DNA of 64,000 nucleotides from Strigamia acuminata (Eukaryota): NCBI GenBank assembly GCA_949358305.1, contig OX442314.1, positions 21,886,001 to 21,950,000 of the forward strand, read 5' to 3'. Shown piece by piece: positions 1 to 13,716 of this stretch (position 1 is its first letter; each line of letters starts with the position of its first letter). The notes under the pieces were generated by a model. It saw only the letters and a program-made list of their open reading frames with translations, ran no database searches and was not told where the DNA came from. The position numbers and the translations under genes were made by a program.

Positions 1-35
1 AATAAATAAAATGCTAATTTAGTTTGTAAATGAAG

Positions 36-920
36 GTTGTGCAAGGAACCAAACCACCTACCGCTGAGGTGCGACGAGATCGAGCAGAAACCCGAAGTGC
101 GGTTCCGCACATACATCGAGGACCACATGACTGACGCGTTGGTGCGCACGTGTCCCAAATGCAAGCGGCGCATCGTCAAAGAACACGGCTGCAACAAGAT
201 GACTTGCACGTGCGGCCAGATCTTCTGCTACGTGTGTCGCGAGGCCATCAAGGACTACAAGCATTTTGATAATGGAAGGTGAGGCAAGGCTTGATTGAAA
301 TGGAATGCAAATTGATGAATTGATCCAACTTCAGGTGCCCTAAATTCTCAAACGACGCCGAAATGCATCGGCTGGAGGTGGAGCAGGGCGCCAAGAAGGC
401 CAAGCAAGAGTACATCGAGACGCATCCGGAAGCGCAAGCGGTCGAGCTGCGCCACGACCCGACCAAAACGCCGTTCGCGGCCGTGCAGCAGGCCCAGCAA
501 CAGTACGCGCAGGGTTTCATGCCCATGGTCAACGAGCGTGGCCAAATCGTCTTCCAGCGACTCATGCAGCAGCAGCAAGCCCAAGCCCAACTGGCGGTCG
601 CCGCCAACGCCAATGCCAACGCCATCATCCGACCAGTACAACCCGCGCCGAGGAATCTGCCCAGGCCCCCGCCCAGGCCCCCGCCCAGGCCTCTTCCCAG
701 GCCCCCGCCCAGGCCCCCGCCCAGGACTGTGCCAGTGCTCCCGCCCAGACCCCCGCCGAGAACCCTACTGAGGCCGGTTGCGCCAGCGACACAAGTGGCG
801 GACAACGCAGGTACTCCTCGTTTCGTTCGTGCGTCCAATTAACGACAACAATTCAATTTGACAGGCAACAAAAACAACCGGAATAAGCGAGGCAACTCGT
901 CGTCGTCGTCGTCGTCGTAA
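36..920 (+). CDS. 3' part of RBR-family E3 ubiquitin ligase (RNF216/TRIAD3-like); exons 36-278, 335-810, 865-920
   Basis: End of IBR (CKEPNHLPLRC) and RING2 (CPKC..GCNKMTCTCGQIFCYVC). GT-AG introns 279-334 and 811-864 keep the frame. Gln/Pro-rich tail; TAA at 918-920. The 5' part lies outside the window. Confidence 0.85.
660..765 (+). repeat. Coding 12-bp tandem repeat (cccaggcccccg) giving a PRPP tract
   Basis: Imperfect 12-nt units inside the RBR exon. Confidence 0.8.
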
Positions 921-2043
921 TTAATTTTTCTCTTTGGCATCCAAGGACGTTGTGTACACAAACAAAAATCAATTTTCTTCATTGTTTGTTCTTTGAAATC
1001 GATGGATTGATTGATTGGTCGTCGTCGTTTACATGAAAAGAAATTCTATTTTACTTCTCACTTTTATCTTAAATTCAGAATAAATGACGGTGAACTCGAT
1101 TTGAAATTTGTCTCTATGATTATTTACATGATTAGCACTTCGTATCTTATCAATTGAATTTGATTTCTGCAGAAGAAGAAGAAGAAGCAGAAGAAGAAGT
1201 GGTAGAAGACTTTCAGAGCGAAATTTCGTCCGCCGCGTGGAACTCGTGCATCGATTCAACAGCGTCCGAGTGCGAATATAGCGACGAGCAAAGTTGGTGT
1301 CGCTCGGACGACAATGTTTCGTTCGCCTCGTGTCGCGTCGACGACTCCGACCCCGACCCCGATTCCGACTACAGCGACGCTAAATCGGACGTCTTCTACT
1401 CCGACAAGGACTTTGTTCTCGAATAAAATCAAATGAAGTGAAGTCAAATGTAAAACGAAAACGATATATGGATGGATTTTTTTTTTTACTACCGTAGACC
1501 TTTCCTAACAAAACAACCTGCAACTAAAGAGAAGAAATTGCGCATCTTCACATTACATCATTAGACGTGTGACAAACAATGGAAACACATGTTAAATAAA
1601 AAAACAAAATTAGGAACCTTGTGTTTTAAAATTGATTTGTTCACTTACAAGTTAGTGGCTCTCTGTTTCACGGAGTTCGAGCTGAAAATATGGAGGCGCA
1701 TATCGTTTTTGTTGGTCGAATGGTTGCGACCGATCGATCTCCGTCTAGCGGTCCACCTGCCGACGAAATTCAACTTGTATCAACAAACAAAGACAAATCA
1801 AACACGACGGCGCGAGTTTAGCGCGTGAAATTTCAAATTCATCTCATCGAGCCGTGCAAGTTTCGCCTTTCATTTTAGAATGTCGGATGAAAAGGGCTAA
1901 GAGCCTTTCGGGTTCTTTTTAAAAAGAACAAGAAATTAAATCAATAAAACCGCAGCAGCAAATTCATTCAGATATTTCTGAGTAATTGATTAAACTTCGG
2001 ATTAATTTAATAACTGGCACTTAAAGTACATCGATTTCTGCAG

Positions 2044-2663
2044 TGCTCGGACGGCCACTTGTTCGGCAGAGATGCACATCGGACAGGACAATTATATTAC
2101 CAGTTCCCATGCCTCGACCAGTAATGCGAGAGCGACTTCCCGCCTATCGTGCTACAGAATGTTTTACCGTGGTGTGCAAGATTCAGCTGCGCAACATTCA
2201 GAAGGAGGCGCGCCAACATCATGGACCTCGAGTCGTGTCCTCACTGCTCGTTCTGCGCCATTATTCCGGACGCGAACCTCAAGATCTTTCGCTGCCTCAA
2301 CCCCGACTGTCTCAAAGTGACGTGCAGGTGACGAAAGAAGAAAAAAATAATAAATAAAATGCTAATTTCGTTTGTAAATGAAGATTGTGCAAGGAACCGA
2401 ACCACCTCTTGCTGCGCTGCGACAAGATCTAGCAGAAACCCAAAGTGCAGTTCCGCACTTATGTCTGAAGACCAGATGACGACGCGTTACTACGTACGTA
2501 TCATCAAAGAACATGGCTGCAACAACGGAAGGTGAGTTAATGATTGAGGAGTCACAAAAGTTAATCAATCTCATTTCAACTCGCTTGTCAGTTGTCCTCA
2601 ATTCCCCAACGACGATGAACTGCATCGGCTGGAGGTGCAGGAGGGCGCCAAGAAGGCGAGGCA
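2044..2663 (+). pseudogene. Decayed RBR ligase copy (RING1/IBR to post-RING2), introns retained
   Basis: DLESCPHCSF..FRCLNPDCLKVTCR, then an intron and exon matching 1-400 with deletions and frameshifts. Confidence 0.8.
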
Positions 2664-3180
2664 AGAAGGAGCAGTGCGGACATGACTCGAGGTCCGGGAT
2701 GTCGGCACGCTGGATCCCCTCCTCCTGAATCTTGCGCATGACGTTGGAAAACATGTTGGGCGGTAAAACGTTCTGAAGCACGATGGGCGGGAATTCGCGC
2801 TCGCAGTACGGGTCGATGCACGGGAAGAGGTAATTGTCCTGGTCGATGTGTACCTCGGCGTGGCGCCAAGGTTGCGCAGAACAAGTGACCGTCGAGCACT
2901 GATGCGTGTCTTGGATGAGCAGCAACTGCACGTCATCAGTTCGTTCTTTTCCCGTGCCGTTGCGATTTTTATCTGGCGCTCCGTTTCTTTGTACTTTTTA
3001 AATTCTAGAATTGTAATTAAATGTAATTATATACCACAATTTTTGTTTTTAAAAGCTGTACACACGTTTGATTCTGTCTTCCATCTCGATGAACGATTTC
3101 TCTTCGATGTTCGATGCTTTGCGGCATGGTTTTCTTTTTCCTCATGGTCTCCGTCCTCTTGATCAAGAGTTCTGCAATTG
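2664..3180 (-). pseudogene. Inverted decayed RBR ligase copy (pre-RING1 to start of IBR)
   Basis: Minus strand reads ELMTCSCC...FPCIDPYCEREFP...DLESCPHCSF with a frameshift; homologous to 2044-2260. Confidence 0.8.
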
Positions 3181-3414
3181 ATCGAATTAATCGATTAAGT
3201 TTATTATTTATTATTTGCGTTTGATTAATTCACCGTCGGTGGGGGAAACCTTCCAGAGCGCCGGGGGTCATAAACATGACGGATTTTTATGATTTTTGTG
3301 CAGATATTAGTGATTAATTTTTAAAAAACGATGACTTTCTTGTAAAAATTAGCGATTTTTAGAAAAAATCTAAAAAAAAAAATAAAAAATTCCCCGGGTT
3401 CGAATACACGCCGG

Positions 3415-3545
3415 GGTGGCGTTGTTTTGGGGTGAGAATGATTACCTCGCATCTGCCACAGATGTGGCTTGGTTGGCGCTTCAACTGCAGAATCTTGTGT
3501 TGAAATACCGCGTTCCAGACTCCAAGTTCTCTCATTTGGACTTAC
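3415..3545 (+). pseudogene. Isolated lipase last-exon fragment
   Basis: VALFWGENDYLA..DVAWLA.QLQNLVLKYRVPDSKFSHLD, very similar to the last exon of lipase A. Confidence 0.8.
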
Positions 3546-3827
3546 GACAAAGTTCTTTCTATGATGGCAAAATTATGGAAAAATTAATCTACATGAAGAA
3601 TATTACAGCAAGAAATTTTGTATTTACAATATGTAATTAAAAAGAATTAAATGACAATTAAAAATACGCTACTCTTAATTGTCATTTAATTATTTTTAAT
3701 AAAACAACAAAGTGACACACATAAAATAAAAGTTTTAAAAACCATATGTAATTATATATTAAAATGCAATATTTTTATTCCCCTTTTGTTCCATACTGTA
3801 TGAAAAAGCAATTTTTTGTAGTAAGCA

Positions 3828-4017
3828 GAAGATAAACTTATCTGCTCTTTCTTATCTTATTTGTTTTACAATACGTTGACAATTAAGCATAAACATTAAA
3901 AAATTAACACGACCAAATGATAGTTATGACGTACAGATAAGAAGACTAATCTTACAAAACCATTAATTTTATTTAATCAAAATTGTCAGAAGATAACGAG
4001 TTAAACATAATATAAAA
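3828..4017 (+). promoter_or_regulatory. Lipase A promoter: cluster of GATA motifs plus TATA box
   Basis: Several AGATAA/TTATCT motifs at 3830-3996; TATAAAA at 4011, about 40 nt before the ATG. Confidence 0.45.
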
Positions 4018-4052
4018 CCACAATCCTTCATCACTTTACAACATTTAAAAAA

Positions 4053-5817
4053 ATGATATCATTACATCGCCTCGTTTTCATTTCCATAGCATTTCTCCAA
4101 TTCGTTTCTCCAGACCTCATTAACCATGGAAATCCTATTTCAGATTTACCTTTTGAATTCAATGCTGATAACTTGCATTTGCTCAATGATGCTCAGCTTA
4201 AAGCGTTAATGGAATTACACGAAATTCCTGAATATTATGCACTACCCATTGACCCAGAAGCATTCATGACCATGGTACAACACAATCAAACCATAAAAAA
4301 ATGTTCCAAACATTATGTTTACATTCCGAAATTTTAAATCTCTCACAGGAAGGAATAATTAAGTACCACGGCTATCCAATTGAGATCCACACGGTAAAAA
4401 CAGCAGATAATTACACATTGACGATGCAGAGGATTCCACATGGCAAAGACGGACCTGGAACATTGCCAAGAAAACCCGTATTAGTCCAACACGGTTTACT
4501 TTGCTCAGCAGCATCGTGGGTCACCAATACCCCAGATAAAAATCTGCGTAAGTCACCTAAATGACTAAAAGTGCAAATCAAACATCTGCAATTAACCTTT
4601 TTCAATTTCAGCATACTTAATAGCAGATGCCGGTTACGACGTGTGGTTAGGAAATATCCGTGGCACATTGTTCGGCAATAAACACGACACTCTAACACCA
4701 AAAGATAAAAAATTCTGGCAATACAGGTACTAAATGATGTTAAAATTAAATACTTACAAATATTAAAAAGATTTAATGTAAACTTTGAAATGTAGCTCTG
4801 ATGAGATGGCTCAGTACGATGTTCCAGCAATGATTGACTACATGTTGGTTCAAACTGGATACAAACAAATCTTTTATATAGGTCATTCTATGGGAACTGC
4901 CATGATGTTTTCACTATTATCAACCCAACCTAAATACAATGAAATTGTAAGTCATTTCAATTCCGGTACTTGTTTCACATTCAATTATTATTATAGGTAA
5001 GAGCGTTTTTTGCAATGGCACCAGTGGCCAGACTTAAAGACGTTCAAAGTCCTCTTCGATTGTTGGGTCCATTTGTTAACCAAGTGGAATGGATTCTCAA
5101 TATTCTTAGTCCAGGTGACGTGATGGAAAACACCTTCTTAATGAAATTCCTTGCCAGCAGCGTGTGCACATCAGCGATAAAATTTCTTTGCGAAAACATC
5201 ATCTTCGTTGCATGTGGATTCAACCAAGACCAACTTAATTCCGTAAGGAATTGATAAACTTCATTGCACATCTCAAATCTCAGATTTTTTAAAATTATTT
5301 TAGACACGTTTACCTGTTCATCTCCACCACACTCCTGCAGCTACATCAGTGCAAACTCTCGTGCACTTTGGCCAGGTTAAAACTAATCCTAACCTGCTAA
5401 AAAACCAACCAAAGATTACGCATTTTTCTCTTTGTACAGTTATATCAGAGTGGTAAATATCAAAAATATGATCATGGAGAGAAGATGAATATGAAGAAAT
5501 ACGGATCGGTAACAAGGTTAAAAAGAATTTTAAAAAAACATTTTTTCTTTCAATTGAAAACGTTTTAACAGCTCAAACCACCTCAATATAAATTAGCAAA
5601 CATTAAAACCCAAGTAGCCCTATTTTGGAGCGACAACGATTTCCTAGCAGCGCCCACTGACGTGGCTTGGTTGGCACCTCAACTACAAAATCTTGTCTTG
5701 AAATACCGTGTTCCAGATCCAAAGTTTTCTCACATGGACTTTCTCTGGGCAATAGACGTCAAACCGCTGCTTTACAACAAGCTTCTTGCCACGATGAAGA
5801 AACTATGGAAAAAGTAA
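4053..5817 (+). CDS. Acid lipase A (lipase-3/LIPA-like), 8 exons: 4053-4274, 4349-4547, 4612-4726, 4796-4946, 4997-5242, 5304-5375, 5440-~5508, 5572-5817
   Basis: Signal peptide, QHGLL, GYDVWLGN, GHSMG nucleophile, ND and FSHMDF catalytic motifs; GT-AG junctions in frame. Confidence 0.92.
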
Positions 5818-5981
5818 TTGACATTTCTCGTGTTATTATGTATTTATAATTGAATTGTTGTCAATAAAAGTTACAGCAAAACAAATAATTATTGAATGTA
5901 TGAATTTATTACACATTCTTGATGAAGAATTCGGTTAAAAAGAAAAACAATGTTTTCCTTTAATTTTTATTGAAGTAAAAG

Positions 5982-7901
5982 TTACACTTTCGTCATCATT
6001 TCGATCAATTTATCATACAAAAGCGTCTTGACATCAATCGCCCATAAAAAATCGACGTGTGAAAAGTTTTTATCAGGTACCCTGTACTTTAAAGCGAGGT
6101 TTTTAAGGTTATCGCCGAGCCAAGAAATGTCAGAGGAAGAAGATAAAAGATCGTTTTCGCCCCAGAATAGCACTACTTTGCTCGTAATGTTAGACAAATT
6201 ATAAACTGGAGGCGTCGTCTACAAGATAAAATAAAAACATATTTCACATTTTTTTAATTTACCAAAAAATTTCGCAGTACATTTACCTGTCCGTACACTT
6301 TTTTATTCTTTGCTTCACCAAAATCATGCCACTGAAATTTATCACTAGCTGTCAGCTACAAATACGAAATTTGATGTATTTACATGTACAAATTAAACAT
6401 TAAAAAAGCATACTTGTGCCAAATGGAGTAAAGCTTGAAGTGAGGTACCAGCTGGAGTATGATGCAAAAAAACAGGTAGACGAGTCTGGTAAAACAAATA
6501 TTGATATTAAACATTGCCATTTAATTTGTTATTTTTATCTTTCATCATTTTTCATTTATCTACATCGTATCTCTCCACATTACGAGAAATAAACAGCTGC
6601 TCGATATCAATAATTTTTTTCTCTATATCAGCAACATTCTTCACATTCAATAATTTCGATCTCGTGTGAACAAACACACCTTTGAGTGTTAATTAATTAT
6701 ACTAACCGCATTAAATTGGGCCTCGTTGTATCCGCAAGTTAAGAATAAAATATTCGAACACAGCATGCTTAATTTCTGGGAAGAACACACATGCTTCGAA
6801 AAAAACTTGATGAGTTCTACGTTCCCAAGAACTTCTCCATTGCTGAAGTATGACAGCCACCAAGTAATAAGATCTCGATATGGAACCATCAGTCGGATTG
6901 GACTTCGCATTCCTTTAGCGCGGGCCATTGGTGCCATAGCATATACAGTTTTGACCTTTAATAAAATAAGAAATTGTAAAAAAAAATTGAAAAAAAATCA
7001 TTGCCAATATTCATACTTTATCATTATATTCGGCATGAGTAGATAACAATGCAAACATCATTGTAGTACCCATTGAGTGACCGATGTAATCAAGTTGCTG
7101 GGATCCAGTGGTTTTTAGAATAAAATCTATAGTTGCAGGAAGATCATATTTACCCATTTCATCAAAACTAGAATAACCATAACAAAAATTAATCAATAAA
7201 ATAAAAATATGGAAATATATAATTTAATTCTAGATATTTGAAAACCTAAATTCCCAAAATTCCCTTTTCCTCGGAGTTAATTTCGTGTGGTTTTTACCAA
7301 ATAATGTTCCTCGAACATTTCCTAACCAAACATCATATCCTGCATCAGCTAAAAGATAAGCTATAAAATAATACAAATTCTCACATCAATACTAGAACTT
7401 AATAGAAAAAAGAAAGAAAAAAAAGACATACGCAGATTTTTATCAGGTACATTGGAAACCCAAGATGCTGATGAGCAAAATATTCCGTGTTGAATCAGCA
7501 CCGGTTTTTTCAGTTCCGATCCAGATCCGGTTTCTCCTTTTCCGTGCGGTATTCGGTGTATGGTAAGAATATAACCGTCTCCTGTTGTTACCGCATAACT
7601 CGTTACCGGATAACCGTGGTATTGGATTATTTCTTCCTAAAAACCAAAGGCTATATATTTGTGGTCTAAATTTACACTGTATACATACCACAGTCATGTA
7701 TGCTTCAGGATCAAGCTCTACTGAATAATATTCTGGAACATTTTCACCATGTAACTGAACCAATGCTTCAATTTGGTCGGGATTTAACGATAGAAACGAA
7801 TCTGCATTGAATTCTTGCAGTTGATCATTAAATGTGGGTTTGCAAATCACAAACGGAAGAATAGCCAAAGTTACTAAAACGCCATGCAAAAATAAAATCA
7901 T
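5982..7901 (-). CDS. Acid lipase B, multi-exon, convergent with A
   Basis: Signal peptide, GYDVWLGNVRG, GHSMG, HHTPAGTS, FSHVDFLW. Confidence 0.92.
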
Positions 7902-8369
7902 TTTTATATTTTTACATTAACGGACAAAGTTGACTTCTTTATATATATATATATATATATAGAAAAACATTTTATCTTAATTACGTTTTGATAACTTAGA
8001 TTTCGACATTTTGGGCGACAAAGCACTTTTTTCTGCAGCTATACTTTTCCTTATCGTAATCCGGGTCTTTTGATACGATAACAGCAAATATTAAAATAAA
8101 AAAAAGGTAAACAAAAATAAACCCGGCGCCTCAAAACGGTAAAGTAAAGGAAAAAAAAGGAAAAAAAAATGAACTTGAAAAGTGTGTTTAGTCCAGGTGA
8201 CATGATTCAATGCCATATTTAACAATGTGACTGCTTACTAAGTATTTACTTTCACCTTCAACTAGATCAATTGATGTCACATGTCAACCCCTTTTATACA
8301 CTTATATAAAACCAGAGAGACCGTATAAGAATATTTAAAAAAAAAAAAAAACCCAAAAAAACCAAAACA

Positions 8370-10012
8370 ATGTTGTTACTATGCTCCGTAGTCACAACAT
8401 TGACATTATTTTTTGTCTCAACTAGCGCTCGTGTAACTTCCTCAAAAGGATTCCATCAATTATACGTCCAGGATGAATCTTTACTTCATCCGCGTGATAA
8501 ACGTGCAATTTCAATCGATCCTGAAGCGTACATGACGATTGTAAGTTACTATTCTTTAAACATAAAATTAGTCCAGTTTTAAAACTATTGATTTCATAGG
8601 AACAAATTATCAAGTATCACGGGTACCCCGTGCAAGTTTACGACGTAATCACGGAGGACGGCTACATTCTTACCATTCACCGCATCCCGTACGGCAAAGC
8701 AGGTCCCGGAACGAAACTGAGAAAACCAGTGATGGTGCAACATGGATTACTATGTTCTGCCACAACCTGGGTTTTAGATGTGCCCAATAAAAACTTACGT
8801 ACATCTAATCGAATTTACCAGTAAAAATCGTGTCCAATTTAAACGTTTTCCCCTTTCCTTTCCGTAGCATTTTTGTTAGCTGATGCTGGCTACGACGTGT
8901 GGCTCGGTAATGTCCGTGGCACTGTGTTCGGCAGACGCCATCTTTTCCTATCGCCCGCTAAAAAGAATTTCTGGCAATACAGGTAAAAAATAAAAACCAA
9001 AATAATTTGTTAGAAAATCAAGAAATTTGACTTTTCTCAACAGTTTTGATGAAATGGCCAAATATGATGTTCCTGCAGTGATTGATTTCATTTTAACAAA
9101 AAGTGAATATAAACAATTGTATTACATCGGACATTCAATGGGAACTTCGATGATGTTCGCCCTGCTCTCGACTCAACCAAAATACAATCAACTAGTCAGG
9201 ACGTTTTTCGCGTTGGCCCCAGTGACCAGACTCAAAGAAGTGAAAACTCCTCTCAAATATCTTGCACCGTTCAGTCGTTCATTGGATTGGATTTTAAACA
9301 CTTTAACTACGGGCGAATTCTTAACCAGTTCTCCTTTAATGAAACTCTTAACGAGCACAGTGTGCGCGTCGCGTTTAAGTTTTCTTTGTGAAAGCATTCT
9401 GTTTTCAATATGCGGATTCAATTCTCAGGAACTGAATTCAGTAGGTTTTATTTTATATTTTCTTTTTTTAAATTCAAAACTAAAATAATTTACTTACAGA
9501 CTCGCGTTCCTGTTTACCTACATCATACTCCGGCAGGTACATCTGTTCAAACTTTGGTGCATTTTGGTCAAGTACGACACATGTGATAAATAAATGCCTA
9601 AAATGTATAAAACATTTTGTTATTTGAATATAGTTAGTCCAGAATGGTAATACATTTCAAAAATTTGATTATGGGTCACGGGGTAACAGCCAAAAGTATG
9701 GCCAGGTATAAAAAAAATTTAAAAAAGAAAATAATTGTTATTTACAATGAAACTTGTACATTTCAGACGACTGTTCCTGAATACAATTTGAATAACATCA
9801 CGACCCAAGTAGCTCTATTTTATAGTAGTAATGATTATCTTGCTACCATTAAAGATGTGAACTGGTTGTCTTCGAGGTTGAGGAACTTGGTGATGAAATA
9901 CCACGTTTCATTGCTTGACTTCACACATTTGGATTTCGTATGGGCCATTGACGTGAAGAAACTACTGTACTACAAATTGCTCGATACCATGCGTGTATTA
10001 TGGAAAGATTAA
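8370..10012 (+). CDS. Acid lipase C, multi-exon, divergent from B
   Basis: Signal peptide, QHGLL, GYDVWLGNVRG, GHSMG, FTHLDFVW. Confidence 0.92.
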
Positions 10013-11041
10013 TAATCTTGAAACACACAACAGAAAATAAAAAAATCTATGTGAGTAATTGTTTTGTTGCACGACTAGTAATAAACAAGAAAAATTAAGT
10101 AATATAATAAAAATGTGAATATTAAAGATGGTTCCTCCTCAATAAACATGAATATCATACATTTTTATGTTCTACCATCATTTATTTATTTATTGCATAA
10201 TTACACAGCTTGCGGATGTTGGATGTAAAAACATCCAGTATCGTTGGGAAGGTATTTTTCCTGTCATAGTTGGGCATATACTAATACTTTTTCCTTATAA
10301 AAACCTGCTCAGAACTCTTCAAAGTTCAAGCCATTTTGGGTGGTTTATGTAGATTTTTAGATTTTTGTGAGTTTTTTGTGAGAATTTTGTAGCTTTTGTA
10401 GCTTTTGCTAGCATGCAGTGTATTGCAACCAACTACTGGCAGTAAGTTGGAATTGGAATTGGCAAAAATTAAACAAAAAAAAATTTAAAAACAAAAAAAT
10501 TTTGGAAACAAAAAGTTTGGGTGACGAAATGATTTAACACTGTTGCGTCCCACCAAAAATCAGCTCGCGCCCCACAGTTTGAGAAACGCTGGCCTAGATT
10601 AATTATCGTCCTGCCTATCGAAATGCAAGTGTCACGGTTAAATGCGTAATCAGAGTCGCTGTATCCTTTCAAAATAGGTTCTATGGTTTAAAGATATGTT
10701 AAGTCTGTATAAATTGAATTCATCCTTGAATGCACTTATGAATTATATAACATTGGGAATTTTATATTGCCAATAACACAATAACACTGCTACAAAAAAA
10801 ACATAAAAAAAAAAACATTATACAACAGTATTCATTGCTTTTGAAACCACAATATGGAACATACCGGTATGGTGCCACATGGACATAAAATTACATTTAT
10901 CTATTGACACGTGTTGGAGTTAAAAATAGAGACAGGTTTAGTCTAGACCAGAGTTTCCCAAACTTTTTCTGCGCACTTAATGTTTCAAGATTTTTTCATA
11001 GCGCTCCAAGTCAAGCCATACTTCTATAATACATACCTGAA

Positions 11042-11290
11042 CAGGGCCACTTTAAGACCTCCATAGACCCTAGACACTTTGATTTCTAGGGGCCTTTGTC
11101 AGAAATTTTTACCGATTTCTATGCAATTTTTATCATTTGCACGGGTATATTACAATTTTTTTATATATATTAATCTTGAAAGTAAAAAAAAACGCACCCT
11201 GAATTCCTGCTAACATAAATTCCTCAGTCCACCTCTGGTTTGTAGGCCCAACCATTGTGCCCATTTGGCCCAATAGATGAAGTGGCCCTG
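11042..11290. mobile_element. hAT-like MITE
   Basis: TIRs cagggccact/agtggccctg; degenerate 8-bp flanks tacctgaa/taactgac. Confidence 0.5.
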
Positions 11291-12089
11291 TAACTGACAG
11301 TTTCCGTTGCAGTTGGTTATTATGAGCACCGCACGACGGCGCCATAATCTGAACTGCTTAGGCTACATTTCAAAATTCGCACTCAATTTTCAAGTAGTAG
11401 CAGTGGCAGGTTTATGCCATTTGAGGCCCTATACAGTGTGATTTTGGGGTCCCAGTTTGTCTTAGTGTTGATCTATTCTGTGGTTATACTTTCGTCTTAT
11501 AAACATGTGGAAATATAAGTCTAAGTTTCATTTCGAAGTTGAATATTCTAGTGCTAGTAAGAACCAATTCCAAATTCTGCATAACATTTTGGTCGTATTT
11601 TAATGTTAATTCCCACCATGATTCATGTTTTTGCACAACATTTGTGACTTCAACAATGATTTTACACAGAATGCCCACACGAAAAATTCATATATTGCAG
11701 ATATATTCAACTTAGAGTCCACATAAATGGCAGTATATTTACAATGTATAACCAATATATTTGAAATATATTATAACCTAGATATATTTTACACCACGTA
11801 CAATAAGTTATATGTCTATTATATCAAATATATAAATACATTATATGTGATTCCAATGAGTTGTTAAGATAAGGTGCGTTTCATAAATATAAAGCCACCG
11901 CAAAATTGGCTTCCCAGAAAAACAATTAAAACAATCACAAAACTGTTTGTTGCATGTTAATATTCATCAAATTTTACACCTTTTACACATTTCAAAACAA
12001 TTTTGAACACAAATGGTCACAATTGAAAAGCAAATTTTTGCCTTTTTGCAATGTTGCATACGGTATAAATACATTTTAAACATAAGTTA

Positions 12090-12376
12090 CCGTATTTTAT
12101 CGATTCAGAGCTGCGGCTCTTATTCAAAACTGCCATTTTTGTCAGCAATTACAATTTCGGTTTTTCGTTTGTTACATTTGTTTAATGTAACGAACGAAGT
12201 CTGAACGTCACGAACGAAGCGTACGTTCATCATTCGTGAGGTTAAATACGGAAACAATACCGTACTTGTGCAAAAATACGGTATTCTTGGTGTTTCAGCC
12301 ACGGCTACTATTCGAGGGCGGCTACAATTCGAGGGCGGCCACTATTCAAGGGCAACTCTTAATCGGTAAAATACAG
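12090..12376. mobile_element. Tc1/mariner(pogo)-like MITE
   Basis: TIRs ccgtattttatcgatt/aatcggtaaaatacag flanked by TA; internal ttcgagggcggc repeats. Confidence 0.6.
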
Positions 12377-13716
12377 TACTTGTATGTGGTAAATACATTA
12401 TTTTTTCTTGTGGGTGTACACCGAACTATACTGCTACAGATAAGTGCTGTAAAAAAGTGTAAACGAATGACATACAGTCTTTAAAATTTTGTAATACAGA
12501 AAATGTTTGACAAAGGTGTAACTGGGAAGTGTAAACTCAAATGGAATGAAAGTGGTGTAAAATGTCAAAAATCATACCATTTGGAAAAAGGTGTAATACT
12601 TGTCCTAAGTTATTTGTATCAACATAAAAATGTAATTCCCTTTGGCATGTTCACACTATGAGTTCACACGTTGTGGTGATCTCAATTATATTTTTTATGT
12701 ATTTGTTGTCACCACTTAGAAATACCAGTATTTATTATTTTCAATTACTCTAGTTTGGCACTCACCAAACCATCCTGCTGTGTCTTGAAGGTGAAAACTA
12801 CCCAAGCACACCTCATCCCAATTTGGCTATGGAGGAAAACAACGTTCCGCCATTCTCGCGTACAACAACGGTTGTACGCATTTCATTATTAATTTCTTTG
12901 TTCAACTTCCATTATCGTATTTAGCCTAGTTCATTGTTTTAATTCTCTTTGAATTTATTTCGAATAAATTATTTGTGTTATTTTATTATATTTTCTTTGT
13001 ATTTATTTTACCCATACACATTATTAACCATTTAATTTCAGAGACTAATCTGTTTACACCATCTCAACAGTGAAATAACCTGGATCACTGCAATGTAAAG
13101 TAATATTAAATAAATAACATACAAAATATATACGCTGTGCTCATATTCATTATATGCCAAAATAGACTAGTGGATCAGATACTAACCTATAAAACAGATG
13201 GACCTGGTTTTGAGTCTGAATGTGGATAAAAATTAAAAATCAATTTCAAAAAAATTTATTGAACAAAAAAATTAGTGTTTCTTTTTCAGCACTATTTTTA
13301 TTTTTATTATTTGCTACACAGGTTTATTTATATCATTAGATTTACTCCATCAAGGTGGATATGCATGAAGCTGTAATATTTACACACCATGATCAGTACT
13401 CACAGTACTCACCACGCAAACATATTTTATTTCTTTTGTACATTTAGAATACTTTTCAAATTTTCCTCTATTTGTTTACTTGCCTTTTTTTAAAATCAAT
13501 TTTCCTCAAGTGGTTATGAAATGAACATGTGCAGCAATGCTTATTTATTGCAAAATACTATTGTCATTTGTCACTGTTAACTTATAAATTAGATGCCAAG
13601 GTTAAACAATGATACAAGCAAGGTTAAACGATACTGTGTATTGTTCAACGATGGTATAAAAGGCATTTAGAAACATCAAGTTTCACATTGCAGTTTTCCA
13701 TTGCAAACCAGTAAAA

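Noticed and set aside
248..838. Gly-rich minus-strand ORF
   Set aside because: Antisense shadow of the Pro-rich RBR exon
3392..3416. tRNA B-box-like ggttcgaat hairpin
   Set aside because: No cloverleaf or A-box; not a tRNA gene
10540..10970. hAT-like termini (tttgagaaacgctg; cagagtttcccaaac)
   Set aside because: Single ends without a paired TIR or TSD; element boundaries cannot be defined
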